Shown here piece after piece: positions 1 through 11,300 of a stretch of DNA of 64,000 nucleotides. Source of the stretch: Microcoleus sp. (GTDB lineage: Bacteria; Cyanobacteriota; Cyanobacteriia; Cyanobacteriales; Microcoleaceae); the NCBI GenBank assembly GCA_042408215.1, contig JAYFMW010000014.1, positions 32,001 to 96,000 on the forward strand. Reading direction: 5' to 3'. How positions within the stretch are numbered: position 1 is the stretch's first letter; each line of letters begins with the position of its first letter. Both the position numbers and the translations under genes were made by a program. The notes below the pieces were generated by a model. It ran no database searches and had not been told where the DNA came from. It saw only the letters and a program-made list of their open reading frames with translations.

Positions 1-475
1 TTTTCACGAAAAATGGTGAAGGCGAAAGCAGAGATTTTTCCTGTTGTACCTGCTCCCATTCTGCACGAATCTCCTGCTCAATTTCAGCTTGAAAGTCGAA
101 GTAATAAGCCATCGCTGCATGAGCCTCCGACTGCATCAAATAAGGATGCTGGCGGCACATTTCTTCCACTGACCAACCATAAGCTAGATAATCCATCACA
201 ATCTGAGCAACCCGCACGCGGGGTATCCGCTGCAACCGTGCGGGTTGACCCGCTACTTTCTCGATATGAGGATAAATTATTGATAGCATAATGATATCCC
301 AAACTAAAATCGCTCAATAGTTAAGTACAATCTTGTTTGATTATAGCCTAAGAAATTAGGAGACTGCACGGTGCCTTAGTCCCTACAATCTTATTTTGGA
401 GTAGGGACGCGGCAATGCCGTGTCCTCTATCCTGACGGTGCAACCGGAATTGATATCATTCACCATCCACCGCCC

Positions 476-1522
476 CTACATAAGCCGATCGCGCTGCCGA
501 TCGAGCTTAACTAAAAATGCACCGGAAACATCGGCCAGAATACTGATAATCCGATACAAAGCCACCGCACTCAGAATTATACCCGTAGAAAATCGATCGT
601 CCAGGAGGGCGATCGCCGTTGCTTCAAATACTCCCATTCCCCCCGGTGCTCCCGGTACAACTAAACCCACGACAAATGCAAAACAAAAAGCACCAAACAA
701 GTTGGGAATTTGGCTAAAAGGGACGGTGGTTAAAGCCATCACAGTTAGCACAAAACCGCTGCCCCGCAATCCGATAAAACACATTTGTCCAATTAACGGC
801 ACTAAAGGATAACGTTTAATTGGTAAATTTATTTTCCGTTTAGACTTGACAGTCGATGTTATTTTTGTTAGATTGGAGGTAGACTCTGTACTAAATTGAA
901 ATCTATCGATCGCAGTATCGCCAGTATTTAAATTTTTCCCATCCTTCTTCTCTAACTTCAACTTCTCTACAAATAGGACGATCGGATTTAAAGTTTGCGG
1001 ACGAATCATCATCAAAATAGCAGTAAAACCGAAAATCCGCAACAACAAATTTATTTTCCCAAAACTGATCGACCCAATCAGCAAACCTGCTCCGGCCATC
1101 AGTAGCGGTTCCAGCAAGACGCTGAGAGTCGCAACTTTCGGCGAAATGCCGGCCTTTTTTGCGTCTAAGATTCTACCCCAAAAATGCCAAATATTCCCCG
1201 GTAAATACTTGGCAATATTAGTTTTGAGAAAAACTTGAATCGCCCAAGCCGCATTTACACGTTGGCGAAATTCCCGCAAAATCAACATCCACACCCAGCC
1301 GGCAAAAATTAAAGACAATAAAGTGACGCCTTGGGCGATCGCCAATAAAGGAAAACTTTCGGCGGCAATTCGGATATTCGCGACTTCTCGCCAGTGAGTT
1401 ACAAAGGCTTGGGCAATAAATAAAAACGTCCCGCCCAAAATACAATAGCGCAAATAAGGCTGGAGACGCGATTTCGCAAGCTTGAATAAATTCTGAATTC
1501 GAGGTAAATGTTGGTTTCCCAT
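476..1522 (-). CDS. Lysylphosphatidylglycerol synthase TM / UPF0104 flippase-like membrane protein
   Basis: Multi-TM 348 aa ORF with KYLPGNIWH and PGAPGGMGVFEA motifs typical of the family. Confidence 0.8.
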   Translation of the reverse strand: MGNQHLPRIQNLFKLAKSRLQPYLRYCILGGTFLFIAQAFVTHWREVANIRIAAESFPLLAIAQGVTLLSLIFAGWVWMLILREFRQRVNAAWAIQVFLKTNIAKYLPGNIWHFWGRILDAKKAGISPKVATLSVLLEPLLMAGAGLLIGSISFGKINLLLRIFGFTAILMMIRPQTLNPIVLFVEKLKLEKKDGKNLNTGDTAIDRFQFSTESTSNLTKITSTVKSKRKINLPIKRYPLVPLIGQMCFIGLRGSGFVLTVMALTTVPFSQIPNLFGAFCFAFVVGLVVPGAPGGMGVFEATAIALLDDRFSTGIILSAVALYRIISILADVSGAFLVKLDRQRDRLM

Positions 1523-1549
1523 TTTCCGATACCGATTTTGAATTTGGGA

Positions 1550-1712
1550 TGAAGTAATTGGGAATTGGGATGAAGTAATTGGGAATTGGGAATTGGGAAT
1601 TGGGCCTGGTTATTTGTTATTTGTTATTTGTTATTTGTTATTTGTTATTTGTTACTTCATAATTGATCCTTCTTCCTTCTTCCTTCTTGCTTCTTCCTTC
1701 TTCCTTCTTCCT
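1550..1712. repeat. Heptamer short tandem repeats (GGGAATT, TTTGTTA, TTCCTTC; STRR-type)
   Basis: Directly visible tandem 7-mers in the intergenic region. Confidence 0.9.
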
Positions 1713-1928
1713 TCAAGATCCGGCTATAATTGGTTTTTCAGTTATTATAGATCCGCAGGGCGGGTTTTGTACCAAGATGGCGCTAAGGAGATCTTGTACG
1801 GCGCGCTAAACCCGCCCCTACTTCTGATAAATTGTTTGTTACACGCACCTATTTATCGCTTTCTTAACCACAATCTCATCTTGAAAATCTCAAATTTAAG
1901 TCAATTACCTCGCTAGGAGTATGTTTCT

Positions 1929-3984
1929 ATGGCTGGCCCGAGTCCTGACGGTCGTTCCTATCTTTTAGACAATGGCCCCAACAGTTTCACTTTAACACCG
2001 GGTTTTTTAACTCCTTACCCAAACGGACTTTTTGCTCTGGGGGGCAACGATTTTATTGTCGGCGCCTCGGATGCCGATCGAATTAGCGGTGATGACGGTA
2101 ACGACAGACTCCTTGGTGGTGGCAATTCCGATACTCTGTTCGGCGGTATCGAAAATGACTTACTCAACGGCGGTATCGGTAACGATATCCTCTTCGGCGA
2201 CTCCGGTAATGATACCTTGCAGGGAGGAAAGGGAGGTGACTTACTCAACGGTGGTAAGGGTGCCGACGTTCTAATCGGCGATGGCGGCAAAGATACTTTG
2301 ACAGGAGGTTTGGGCCCCGATACATTTGTCCTCCGCACCGATTCAGCAGTCATCGATCCGGCTGCGGCTGACATTATTACTGACTTTAACAGTTTTGTGG
2401 ATGCGATCGGGCTAACTGACAATCTTACCGAAACTGACTTAATTTTCGAAGAAATCTCGATCGCCCCTGGTATTTCCAATACATTAATTAAAATTCGCCA
2501 GTCCGGTGCTATTCTAGGCTTAGTTGCCAACGCATCTCCAAAAGACCTCAGCGGTAGATTCATCTCTGCAACTGCCGTATTGGGCAACCAACTCAGCCAA
2601 GCCCGCGACCTCGGCATTCTCAACAGCACTCAAACAATTGTAGACTCGGTTAGCAACGCTATACCCGACGATATCTACCGTTTTACATTATCAGTAACTA
2701 GCGACTTCAGCTTAAATCTCAGCGGTTTGAGTACCGATGTTGGTGTTGCTGTGATTAAAGATATTAACGGCGATAATTCTATTGACTTCACCGATATTAT
2801 TGCTTCTTCTCAAGAGTCTAGTTTATCGCCAAAATCCATCGAAATCAACGCTTTGACACCTGGAACTTACTACGTCCGGGTTTCTCAGTACCAAGGCAGT
2901 ACAAATTTTACCCTAAATTTGTCGGCAATTCCCACAACAGTTGCCGCTAATAATGTTAGCAACTTAGACGGTTTTGATTCTCGTTTTGGCTATGGTTTGG
3001 TGAATGCGGCTGCGGCAGTTGCTAAAGCTGAGGGTGCTGCAACTTTTCCTGACGTTCCCGACTTGGGCGGCGACGAGTGGGGCCAAGATTTAGTTAAAGC
3101 TCCAGAAGTTTGGGCCCAGGGGTTGACTGGAGACGGAATTGTGATTGCAGTTATTGACAGCGGGGTTGACTATAACCACCCTGATTTGACCGGGAATATT
3201 TGGAGTAATAGCGGGGAAAACGGCGTTGACGCGCAGGGTCGAAATAAAGCTAACAACGGCCTTGATGATGATGGGAATGGCTTTGTTGACGATTTCCACG
3301 GATGGGATTTTGTCAACAATGATAATGACCCGATGGATGACAATAATCACGGCACTCATATATCGGGTTTAGTAGCGGCGAAAAGGGATGGCGTGGGGAT
3401 TACTGGTGTGGCTCCCACTGCCAAGATTATGGCTTTGAAAATACTCGATCGAGGAGGATTAGGAAAAATTCGGGATGAAATTAATGCGATTAATTATGCA
3501 GTTGCGAATGGGGCGAATATAGTTAATGTGAGTTTGGGTGGCTTACAGTTGAACAACGACGAATTGAATGCTATTCGAGCGGCTGAAGCTAAGGGCGTAA
3601 TTGTGATTTCCGCTGGGGGAAATGATGCTCGCCCCCAGGTAGATTATCCGGCTCGGTTTGCTGCGGAGGTAGGAATTGCTGTCGGTTCGATTCAGCGGAA
3701 CAACCAGTTTTCAAGTTTTTCTAACCTGGCTGGAACTGAAGTCATCGATTATTTTATTGCGCCCTGGAGGTGACGGTGGCAGGGCGGATTCTGGGGATAT
3801 CTATTCAACTGTACCCCTGTCCGTACCGGGTGTTCCTTATCGGTATTTCGCGGGTACTTCGATGGCTGTGCCGCAAATCGCTGGCGTGATAGCTTTGATG
3901 TTGCATGCTAATCGGAATCTGACTCCGGCCCAAATTAAGAGGATTCTTGCAGAAACTGCCAATCGATCGGACATCATAGTTTGA
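1929..3984 (+). CDS. S8 (subtilisin) serine peptidase with N-terminal RTX-type Ca-binding repeats and PPC domain; frameshifted near 3762
   Basis: GGxGxDxL repeats; VIDSG (Asp) and HGTH (His) in ORF 1929..3773; GTSMA (Ser) in overlapping frame 3676..3984; removing one C at gcgccctgga restores APGGDGG. Confidence 0.9.
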
Positions 3985-4036
3985 ATTAATTGGTAATGGG
4001 TAATTGGTAATAGGCTTGACTGTTACCAAATTTTGT

Positions 4037-4230
4037 AGGGGCGGGTTTTACAAACAATATATAACGATTATCAACAATCTATATAAACCCGCCCTCGCAC
4101 CACAAACAATCTACATCAACCTTGATTTGTATCGAATGCGAAAAATGTACAAGGGGTTTACCGTGGGATGGGGGCGGGTTTTAGAGATGGTAGGTTTACC
4201 CTCAATATTTCTCGTGAAACCCGCCCCTAC
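4037..4230. repeat. REP-like inverted repeat pairs GGGGCGGGTTT...AAACCCGCCC(CTAC)
   Basis: Two adjacent pairs; same family at ~1758-1821 and ~14243-14302. Confidence 0.8.
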
Positions 4231-4238
4231 AAGTTCCC

Positions 4239-4718
4239 TTAAAAGTTGGCGGCGTAAGTTAATTCAAATTGGCGACACAGGGTGATGCAGCAATAGTTGG
4301 GTCGATCGAATACTAAGTTGTAATTCATCTCCCCGTCTATTTTGGTTATGGGTTGCTTTAATGGAATGCCGTGTATGTTATATTGGCGGCGTTCTAAGGC
4401 ACTCCAGTCGATAATTTTGATATCGATTTGGTTCTGCAACTCAGCAACTAACAAACACAATTCCATCTTGTCTTGGACTTGCCCAGTCAGCGGGAATTTC
4501 ATCAAAACTAACTGCGTGACGAGGGGTTTTTGTTCGTTGGGAAGCTTGTAGGTGTGGCAATGTCCGAGTTCTAGATCGTAAGGTTCTAGCTTGAATTTTT
4601 CTCCGGTGGCGATCGCAGATGAGTGCAAGTCTTTGAGGCACTTCTCTAGGTGAGGGATCAACCCCAAGTCTGGATCGCACAGCAGTTTGCGAATATTGGA
4701 GGTTTCGGTGACTGTCAT
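4239..4718 (-). CDS. Hypothetical protein
   Basis: 159 aa ORF, ATG start, no recognisable motif. Confidence 0.55.
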   Translation of the reverse strand: MTVTETSNIRKLLCDPDLGLIPHLEKCLKDLHSSAIATGEKFKLEPYDLELGHCHTYKLPNEQKPLVTQLVLMKFPLTGQVQDKMELCLLVAELQNQIDIKIIDWSALERRQYNIHGIPLKQPITKIDGEMNYNLVFDRPNYCCITLCRQFELTYAANF

Positions 4719-4788
4719 TTGAGATTTTTTATGTTATTTTTTGGATTCTTACTTCTAGTTTACCGCTAAAAGTACCTCGGTCTAAAAT

Positions 4789-6480
4789 CTATTTTTTGGT
4801 GAGTTTCCAGAGATTCAGCTCGACGGTACCGATAACGGAGTCTATTTTATAATTTTGCTGCTGGATTCCCGATCGCAAAGCTGAGGATGGTTTGTATAAA
4901 AACACTTCACTAAAACCGTTAGGAATTCTAGGTATTTTTGGTTTGGCAAGTGCCAAGTCGCGATTTTTGTAGCAAGAAGTGTAGCAGCGGGGTTCGATTA
5001 GTAGTTTGACTTTTGGTTCGAGGCGATAACTTAAAGGCATGATATATGCTATATTGGCATCGCTCACTATTAGGGGCTTGCTGGCTTGATTGACAGCGCT
5101 AGCTACTTCTAATTCTGCGCGCAGCCAACCGCTGCCTTTGTTCCACCAAATATCGGCTTGGGAACTAATTACACCAGATACTATGCCAAGCGAAAATAGT
5201 GCAACTATAAATATTTTCCACATCTTTTTATGGGTAAAATTAGCGAAATTGCTGCTAATTTTTACCGACAGCAGGTAAGCAACTGCTAGCTGAATTCCCA
5301 CATAACAAGGAACTAGATATCGCGGATTTGTCGATCGCCTTCCACCTTTCATTATATCAGGTACTGCTAAAAACAAAGCAGTTGTTGCAATTGTTAACAA
5401 TATCAATAACCAAACCCGTTTTGGTGTATGTTGGCACAGGAAATAAATTGCCGATCCAACTAAAGCTAGGATGATGATACTCAGGGGAATTAGTAAGGCT
5501 AATTGTGTTGCAGATGCAGTTCCATCAATGCCAAAATCAAAAAATGCGATGCTGACGGCACCCACCCACCTGGTAACTAATCTCAAGAGATTTGTCTGTT
5601 GGGCCCATACTGTTGTGCTTCTAATTTGATTGAAGTTTTCTACAACATTTACTAGAGAAGGCATGAAGGCAATTAAGGCTAGTAAAGCTGCTACATAATA
5701 GGCAATAAATGTTTTAACATCGCGCCAGTTGGCAATGATTGCGACGTAGATTGCATGGGCGGCGGCGACGCAGACAAATAACAAGTGGGTGTAAAATCCG
5801 AGGGTTGTCATGATTGCGTAAATTGTCCAGTGATAAACCAGCCAAATTGGGTTTTGATTTGCGTCGGTAGCGCGCATTGATCGCAGCAAGGCGGCCGTTG
5901 ATAAAATAGTAGTGACAGTCCACAAACTGTACTGTCTTGCTTCTTGGGAAAACAGAATATGGTAGGGAGAAATTGCGAAAATTGCGATCGCCATCCACGC
6001 AACATTGGCAGATTCAAATAACTCCCAAGCTAGCCAATAAATGCTGGGAAATACTAGCAAGCTAATCACAGCGGCTAAACTTCTCATTGCTGTTACAGAA
6101 CTGCCGAACCACTGGGCCCAATATCGCGCTAGTATGTAATACAGTGGCGGGTGCTGGGGGTCTTCTGTTGCTAAAGAATTCAGGGTATCAGTTAAAGTTT
6201 TTTCGGAATTGATCTGCTGATATTTTTGTAAATCCGAGGGCGAGGTTATTTGCTGGTAAGAAATTTGTTTGAGCATTTCGGCTTCGGTGTAGCCAGAAAC
6301 TCTCAGGGAAGTATAGGTTTCATCAATCCAGTAAAATTTGCGATCGAGATTTGCGAAACGAAAAAATATACCGATTATTAATACAACTACAATTAAAAAT
6401 CGCAGCCACTTGTCAAGTGGAGGATTCTGAGAATTTAGTCCATCGCAATTTTTCGGAAATTCCATTTTAAACAAACTCAC
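4789..6480 (-). CDS. Glycosyltransferase family 39 (PMT-like, GT-C) membrane protein
   Basis: YWIDE, HPPLYY, QEARQYSL motifs; many TM segments. Confidence 0.85.
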   Translation of the reverse strand: MSLFKMEFPKNCDGLNSQNPPLDKWLRFLIVVVLIIGIFFRFANLDRKFYWIDETYTSLRVSGYTEAEMLKQISYQQITSPSDLQKYQQINSEKTLTDTLNSLATEDPQHPPLYYILARYWAQWFGSSVTAMRSLAAVISLLVFPSIYWLAWELFESANVAWMAIAIFAISPYHILFSQEARQYSLWTVTTILSTAALLRSMRATDANQNPIWLVYHWTIYAIMTTLGFYTHLLFVCVAAAHAIYVAIIANWRDVKTFIAYYVAALLALIAFMPSLVNVVENFNQIRSTTVWAQQTNLLRLVTRWVGAVSIAFFDFGIDGTASATQLALLIPLSIIILALVGSAIYFLCQHTPKRVWLLILLTIATTALFLAVPDIMKGGRRSTNPRYLVPCYVGIQLAVAYLLSVKISSNFANFTHKKMWKIFIVALFSLGIVSGVISSQADIWWNKGSGWLRAELEVASAVNQASKPLIVSDANIAYIMPLSYRLEPKVKLLIEPRCYTSCYKNRDLALAKPKIPRIPNGFSEVFLYKPSSALRSGIQQQNYKIDSVIGTVELNLWKLTKK

Positions 6481-6501
6481 CTGCGGTGGCTATATAAAAC
6501 A

Positions 6502-8116
6502 TCATTTATTGACTATTTTCCCTAGAATCATTTCGTCATTGTCAGCATAGATTGTTTGTATTTTATATCGATTACTTTTAGCAATTTGTGTCTTTAATTC
6601 TGGGGAAATACTGTACAAAAATATCTCGTTAAAATTTACCGGAATTTCCACATTTTTAGGTGACATTAGTAATAATTTAGTTTTGGGATATATTTGGTGA
6701 CTCATACCAAGTAAATTGCCTATCTTATCTACATTATACACCGAAAAGTCTGTTATGATTAATGGCTTAGAAGCTGAGTTGACTGTGCGGGCGATCGAAA
6801 CGTTAATAAAAGATCGGTCTTTGTTCCACCAATGATCTGCTGACACATAGAGGCAGCAGGACGCAATTCCCATTGATATCAGAACAACTAGAGCTACTCT
6901 CCACAGCTTTTGTAATTGGGTTGTCACTTGAACTTTAGTAAAAAGATAAGCAACAGATATCTGTATTCCTAAATAACAGGGAATCATGTAACGAGCGTTG
7001 ACAGATCGAATCCCTCCCTTAATTAAGTCCGCTGGTAAGAAAATTCCTAATATCACGCACGTCAATGTCACAACAAACAACCAAACTCGCATTTCGGCTT
7101 GACTTACCAGCAAATAAAAAGAATACCCGACCGTGATTAAAATCATTAAAATAACTGGCAGACTAGATATCAAATACGGTCGTGGCAAATCCCAGTAAAA
7201 TCCCACGTCAACAAATTGATTGCTAATGTTCAACACCCAATTTTTCATCAATTCTGACAACAGGCCTTCTCAGGGACAGCCACGATGTTTTATCACCGGC
7301 ATTGTTCGAGTTTTTTAGGAAAACTATAATCCAAGGAGACAGAGCAATCAATCCTGCTATTGATGCTAGCAAATAGCCAATTACAGTCTTGTTAAAACGG
7401 TATTTTTCGACAATTAATACATAGATTCCATGTCCTATGGCAACCATTCCAAATAAGAGGTGAGCATAAAATCCCACTGCTAGTGTTACAGCATAAATTG
7501 CCCAACTACTATTAGTTTTTAGGCGCATTCCTCGTAGCAAGACCGCGCTTGACAGTAAAATTATCATTACAAACAAACTGTAAGGTCGAGCTTCCTGAGC
7601 GTAAACTATCTGAAAAGGCGATACAGCTAGTATGGCAACTGCTAACCAAGCTGTCAGCGATGACTCAAATAATTCTAAGCACAGCCAATACATACAAGGT
7701 AATGCCAGCACGCTAAAAACCGCCGATAAACTTCTAGTTACTGCTATTGAATCTCCAAACAGTTGCACCCAAAATCTCGCTGCTACAAAATACAAGGGAG
7801 CAAGTTGAGGTTCTTCTAATGCCAATCCTTTTACGGTGTCAAAAACGCTTTTTTCTGCATTGATATGCTGATACTTTTGTAAACTTTTTATTCCCCGGAT
7901 TTTACCGTCACCAAGCTCTTGAATAAATTCAGATTCTGTATAGCCGGAAATCCGCAGAGAAGTGTAACTTTCGTCTATCCAGTAAACTTTATTTTCGAGA
8001 TTTGCGAACCTAAAAAATATACCCATGACTAATAGAACTACAATTAAAAATCGCAGCCACTTGTCAAGTGGAGGATTCTGAGAATTTAGTCGATCGCCAT
8101 TTTTTGTAAATTCCAT
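6502..8116 (-). CDS. Glycosyltransferase family 39 paralog; frameshifted near 7260
   Basis: ORFs 7223..8116 (YWIDE, QEARPYSL) and 6502..7260 (RYMIPCYLG, WWNK) together are colinear with the neighbouring paralog. Confidence 0.8.
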
Positions 8117-8238
8117 TTAAAGTAAACTCACCTACAACAACAGCATAGCATATCCCCGACTTCTTTAAGAACCAGGATAGCATATACCCGACTTCTTTGA
8201 GAAGTCGGGTATACAATCTTAATCAACCAAATTTGAGA

Positions 8239-11214
8239 TTAATCATCCACTCCTTCAATCGGAGCAAAACCTTGCCGCTGGATATTTTCGGTTATGGTGC
8301 GGGGTTCAAGGAATTGTAGCAAATAATCCGGGCCGCCGGCTTTGGAACCAACTCCCGAAAGTTTGAATCCTCCGAAAGGTTGACGCGATACCACTGCGCC
8401 TGTAATTCCGCGATTTATGTACAGGTTTCCGACTTCAAAATCGGAGGCGGCGCGATCGATATGGGAAGGTGTGCGAGAATACAATCCGCCAGTTAAAGCA
8501 AAATTGGTGCCGTTAGCAATCGCAATCGCTTCATTAAAATTATTTGCCCGAATCACCGACAAAACTGGGCCAAAAATTTCTTCTTGAGCAAGAGTTGCTG
8601 TTGGCGATACTTCCGTGACAATGACTGGGCCGACAAAATAGCCGGTTTCCGGTGCCGACATTTCTAAAGCTATTGTAGCTTCGGCGCGGCCTTTTTCGAT
8701 GTATTCACGGATGCGCGATTGGGCGGTGATATCGATGACTGGGCCGACTTGAGTACCGGGATTTTCCGCTGAACCAACATTGAGCGATCGCGTGGCTTCT
8801 ACCAACCTTTCCACAAAATTATCATACACCGATTCGACCACAATTACTCGCGAACAAGCGGAACATTTTTGGCCACTATATCCAAATGCCGAATAAACAA
8901 CGCCCGCTACAGCTTGGTCTAAATCTGCACTTTCATCGACAATAATTGCATTCTTGCCGCCCATTTCTGCAATTACTCGTTTCAGGTGTTTTTGTCCTGG
9001 CTGCAAAATAGCAGCATCGGCGTAAATGCGGCAACCAACCTCTTGAGAACCGGTGAAAGTAATCATGTGAACATCGGGATGTTTCACCATGTAAGCACCC
9101 ACCGTTGAACCTTTGCACGGGACGTATTGAAATACGCCTTTGGGGATGCCTGCTTCTAGCAAGATCTCGGTGATTTTAGCGGCAATTACTGAGGAAAATT
9201 CCGCAGGTTTGAGTAAAGTACAATTCCCTGCAACTAGGGATGCAACGGTCATTCCCACAGGAATTGCTAGGGGAAAATTCCAAGGTGAAATAATCAAAGA
9301 AATGCCGCGCGGCTGATAGCTATAGCGGTTGTTTTCTCCAGCAATGTCGTAATTTTGCCCTTGTTCTAACCGTTCCATTTCGTCGGCGTAGTAGCGACAA
9401 AAATCAATGGCTTCGGAAACTTCGGCATCGCATTCTCTGACTGGTTTCCCGACTTCAAATACCATCCAAGCTGACAGTTCGTGCCGTCTTTTTTCCATCA
9501 ATTCTGCGGCTTTGCGTAAAACGCCGGCGCGTTGTCTGACGGGGGTTTTCCGCCAACCGAGAGAGGCTTCTTTGGCTGCTTGCAGGGCTTTCTGGGCTTG
9601 TGATTCTGAAAGCAATCCGATTTTGCCAACTATTTCTGTGGGGTTGGAAGGGTTGAGGGAATTGACTGTGGTTTCAGTGTTTTGATATTCGCCATTAATT
9701 AGGGGTAAATAGGTTTGTCCTAGGATTCCCCGCACTGATTTGATGGCTGTTTCTGCTTGTTTTCGGAGTTCGGTATTGGCGTAGTCTGTATCTGCTACAT
9801 TGGGAAATACTTTGGTGTAAACTAGCTGGTCATTTCCACTAGCAACTGGTGCGGCTAACAATTGTTCGATCGGCATTTCTTCGGAACTTTGCCGAATGAA
9901 GGAACTATTGGCGGTATTTTCCAACAAACGGCGGATTAAATAGGCCATTCCTGGGAGTAAATCGCCGTAGGGACAATAGACTCGGACGCGATAACCGCGA
10001 TCGACTAAAAGCTTAGCCAATTTGTCGCCCATGCCGTACAATACTTGCATTTCAAAGCGGCGGCGTGGTATATTGAGAGTTTCGGCAATGGCGATCGCCC
10101 TGGCTTGCGATCGCACATTATGACTGCCAATCGCTGCATACAAATATTCATGATTTTCCAGCAGCAACTGAGTCATCTCCTCAAAGTTGGCATCCGTAGC
10201 AACTTTGTCATTGTAGACAGGCTGCGGCCAATCTTTCTGCATAGCTTTGATTGTTTCCTGATCCCAGTAAGCGCCTTTTACCAACCGCACTGTTACGGGA
10301 TTTCCGCGTTTTTTCGCCCAAGCAACTAAGCCTTGCAAATCTTGTTTGCTATCGCGCAAATAGGCTTGTAATGTGATACCGATATCTGTGCGTCCGCGAA
10401 ACTCATCCTCTAACAATAAGTCTTTGAGAATGCTGAGAGTTAAACCTTTATAAACATACTGTTCCATGTCGAAATGGACAGCAGCGCCCAACTCTTGAGC
10501 GCGACGTAGTAACAGGCGAATGCGATCGCTGACTTTGGCCTCACTACCTTTAGCATCCAGCGGGTCAAACTGAGAATAAAACGCGGTTAACTTGACAGAT
10601 ACTTGTACTCGTGGTAAGGTTTCACCATCAGCTTTATCGATCGCATCTACCTGGGACCAATTTTTGGCGGCGATGCTCAATTCCTGCATCAATTCCAAAT
10701 AGCGATCGAGATACTTTTGCGCCTCAGTTTCAGTAATTACAGCTTCCCCCAAAAGGTCAACTGTAAAACCCATTTTATCCTTGCGAAGTCGCTCTAAAGT
10801 TTTAACTACCTGCTTGATATTTTCCCCAGAAATATACTTGTGCGCCAAAGTTTCCACCGCCGGCGCAACTGTTGTCGCCGCCAATTGTCCAGGAATCGAA
10901 TCAGCGTTAGTAAAATTGAGCAATTTTTTCAAAGCTTCCGGCAATTCTACCTCTTCCGCAGTCAGGTATTCTTGCAGGTGGCGGGCAATTTCCGGCTTGC
11001 TGCGAAGGGCGGGCAAACAGTCAATAAATCGAAACAATTGTACCCGCAATCCGGGGCTAGCCATTGCCCAGTCTAGCAGTTTGTCGTCCCAGCGCATTTG
11101 GTCTTGCAGTTGACCGAGAAAGGAGCGTTTTTTGTCTTGAGTTGCCTTCAGGATTTCTTTCGCAATTTCCTGAGTTTTTGCTTCGTAGATGCTTGGAGAT
11201 ACTTGTGCGATCAT
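8239..11214 (-). CDS. putA: Bifunctional proline dehydrogenase / P5C dehydrogenase
   Basis: RLVKGAYWD, YLIRRLLEN (PRODH); EMGGKN, GQKCSA, EEIFGP (ALDH). Confidence 0.95.
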   Translation of the reverse strand: MIAQVSPSIYEAKTQEIAKEILKATQDKKRSFLGQLQDQMRWDDKLLDWAMASPGLRVQLFRFIDCLPALRSKPEIARHLQEYLTAEEVELPEALKKLLNFTNADSIPGQLAATTVAPAVETLAHKYISGENIKQVVKTLERLRKDKMGFTVDLLGEAVITETEAQKYLDRYLELMQELSIAAKNWSQVDAIDKADGETLPRVQVSVKLTAFYSQFDPLDAKGSEAKVSDRIRLLLRRAQELGAAVHFDMEQYVYKGLTLSILKDLLLEDEFRGRTDIGITLQAYLRDSKQDLQGLVAWAKKRGNPVTVRLVKGAYWDQETIKAMQKDWPQPVYNDKVATDANFEEMTQLLLENHEYLYAAIGSHNVRSQARAIAIAETLNIPRRRFEMQVLYGMGDKLAKLLVDRGYRVRVYCPYGDLLPGMAYLIRRLLENTANSSFIRQSSEEMPIEQLLAAPVASGNDQLVYTKVFPNVADTDYANTELRKQAETAIKSVRGILGQTYLPLINGEYQNTETTVNSLNPSNPTEIVGKIGLLSESQAQKALQAAKEASLGWRKTPVRQRAGVLRKAAELMEKRRHELSAWMVFEVGKPVRECDAEVSEAIDFCRYYADEMERLEQGQNYDIAGENNRYSYQPRGISLIISPWNFPLAIPVGMTVASLVAGNCTLLKPAEFSSVIAAKITEILLEAGIPKGVFQYVPCKGSTVGAYMVKHPDVHMITFTGSQEVGCRIYADAAILQPGQKHLKRVIAEMGGKNAIIVDESADLDQAVAGVVYSAFGYSGQKCSACSRVIVVESVYDNFVERLVEATRSLNVGSAENPGTQVGPVIDITAQSRIREYIEKGRAEATIALEMSAPETGYFVGPVIVTEVSPTATLAQEEIFGPVLSVIRANNFNEAIAIANGTNFALTGGLYSRTPSHIDRAASDFEVGNLYINRGITGAVVSRQPFGGFKLSGVGSKAGGPDYLLQFLEPRTITENIQRQGFAPIEGVDD

Positions 11215-11300
11215 TGGTAATTAGTTATGGGTAATTGGTAATTGGCAATCAAGGAGAGTTTAGGTATCTTGTAACTACCAGACTTCTACAATTATACTTG

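Noticed and set aside
13..291. 92-aa ORF at the window start
   Set aside because: Possibly the tail of a gene starting outside the window; no assignable product
1593..1916. 107-aa ORF
   Set aside because: Translation of heptamer repeats and a REP pair
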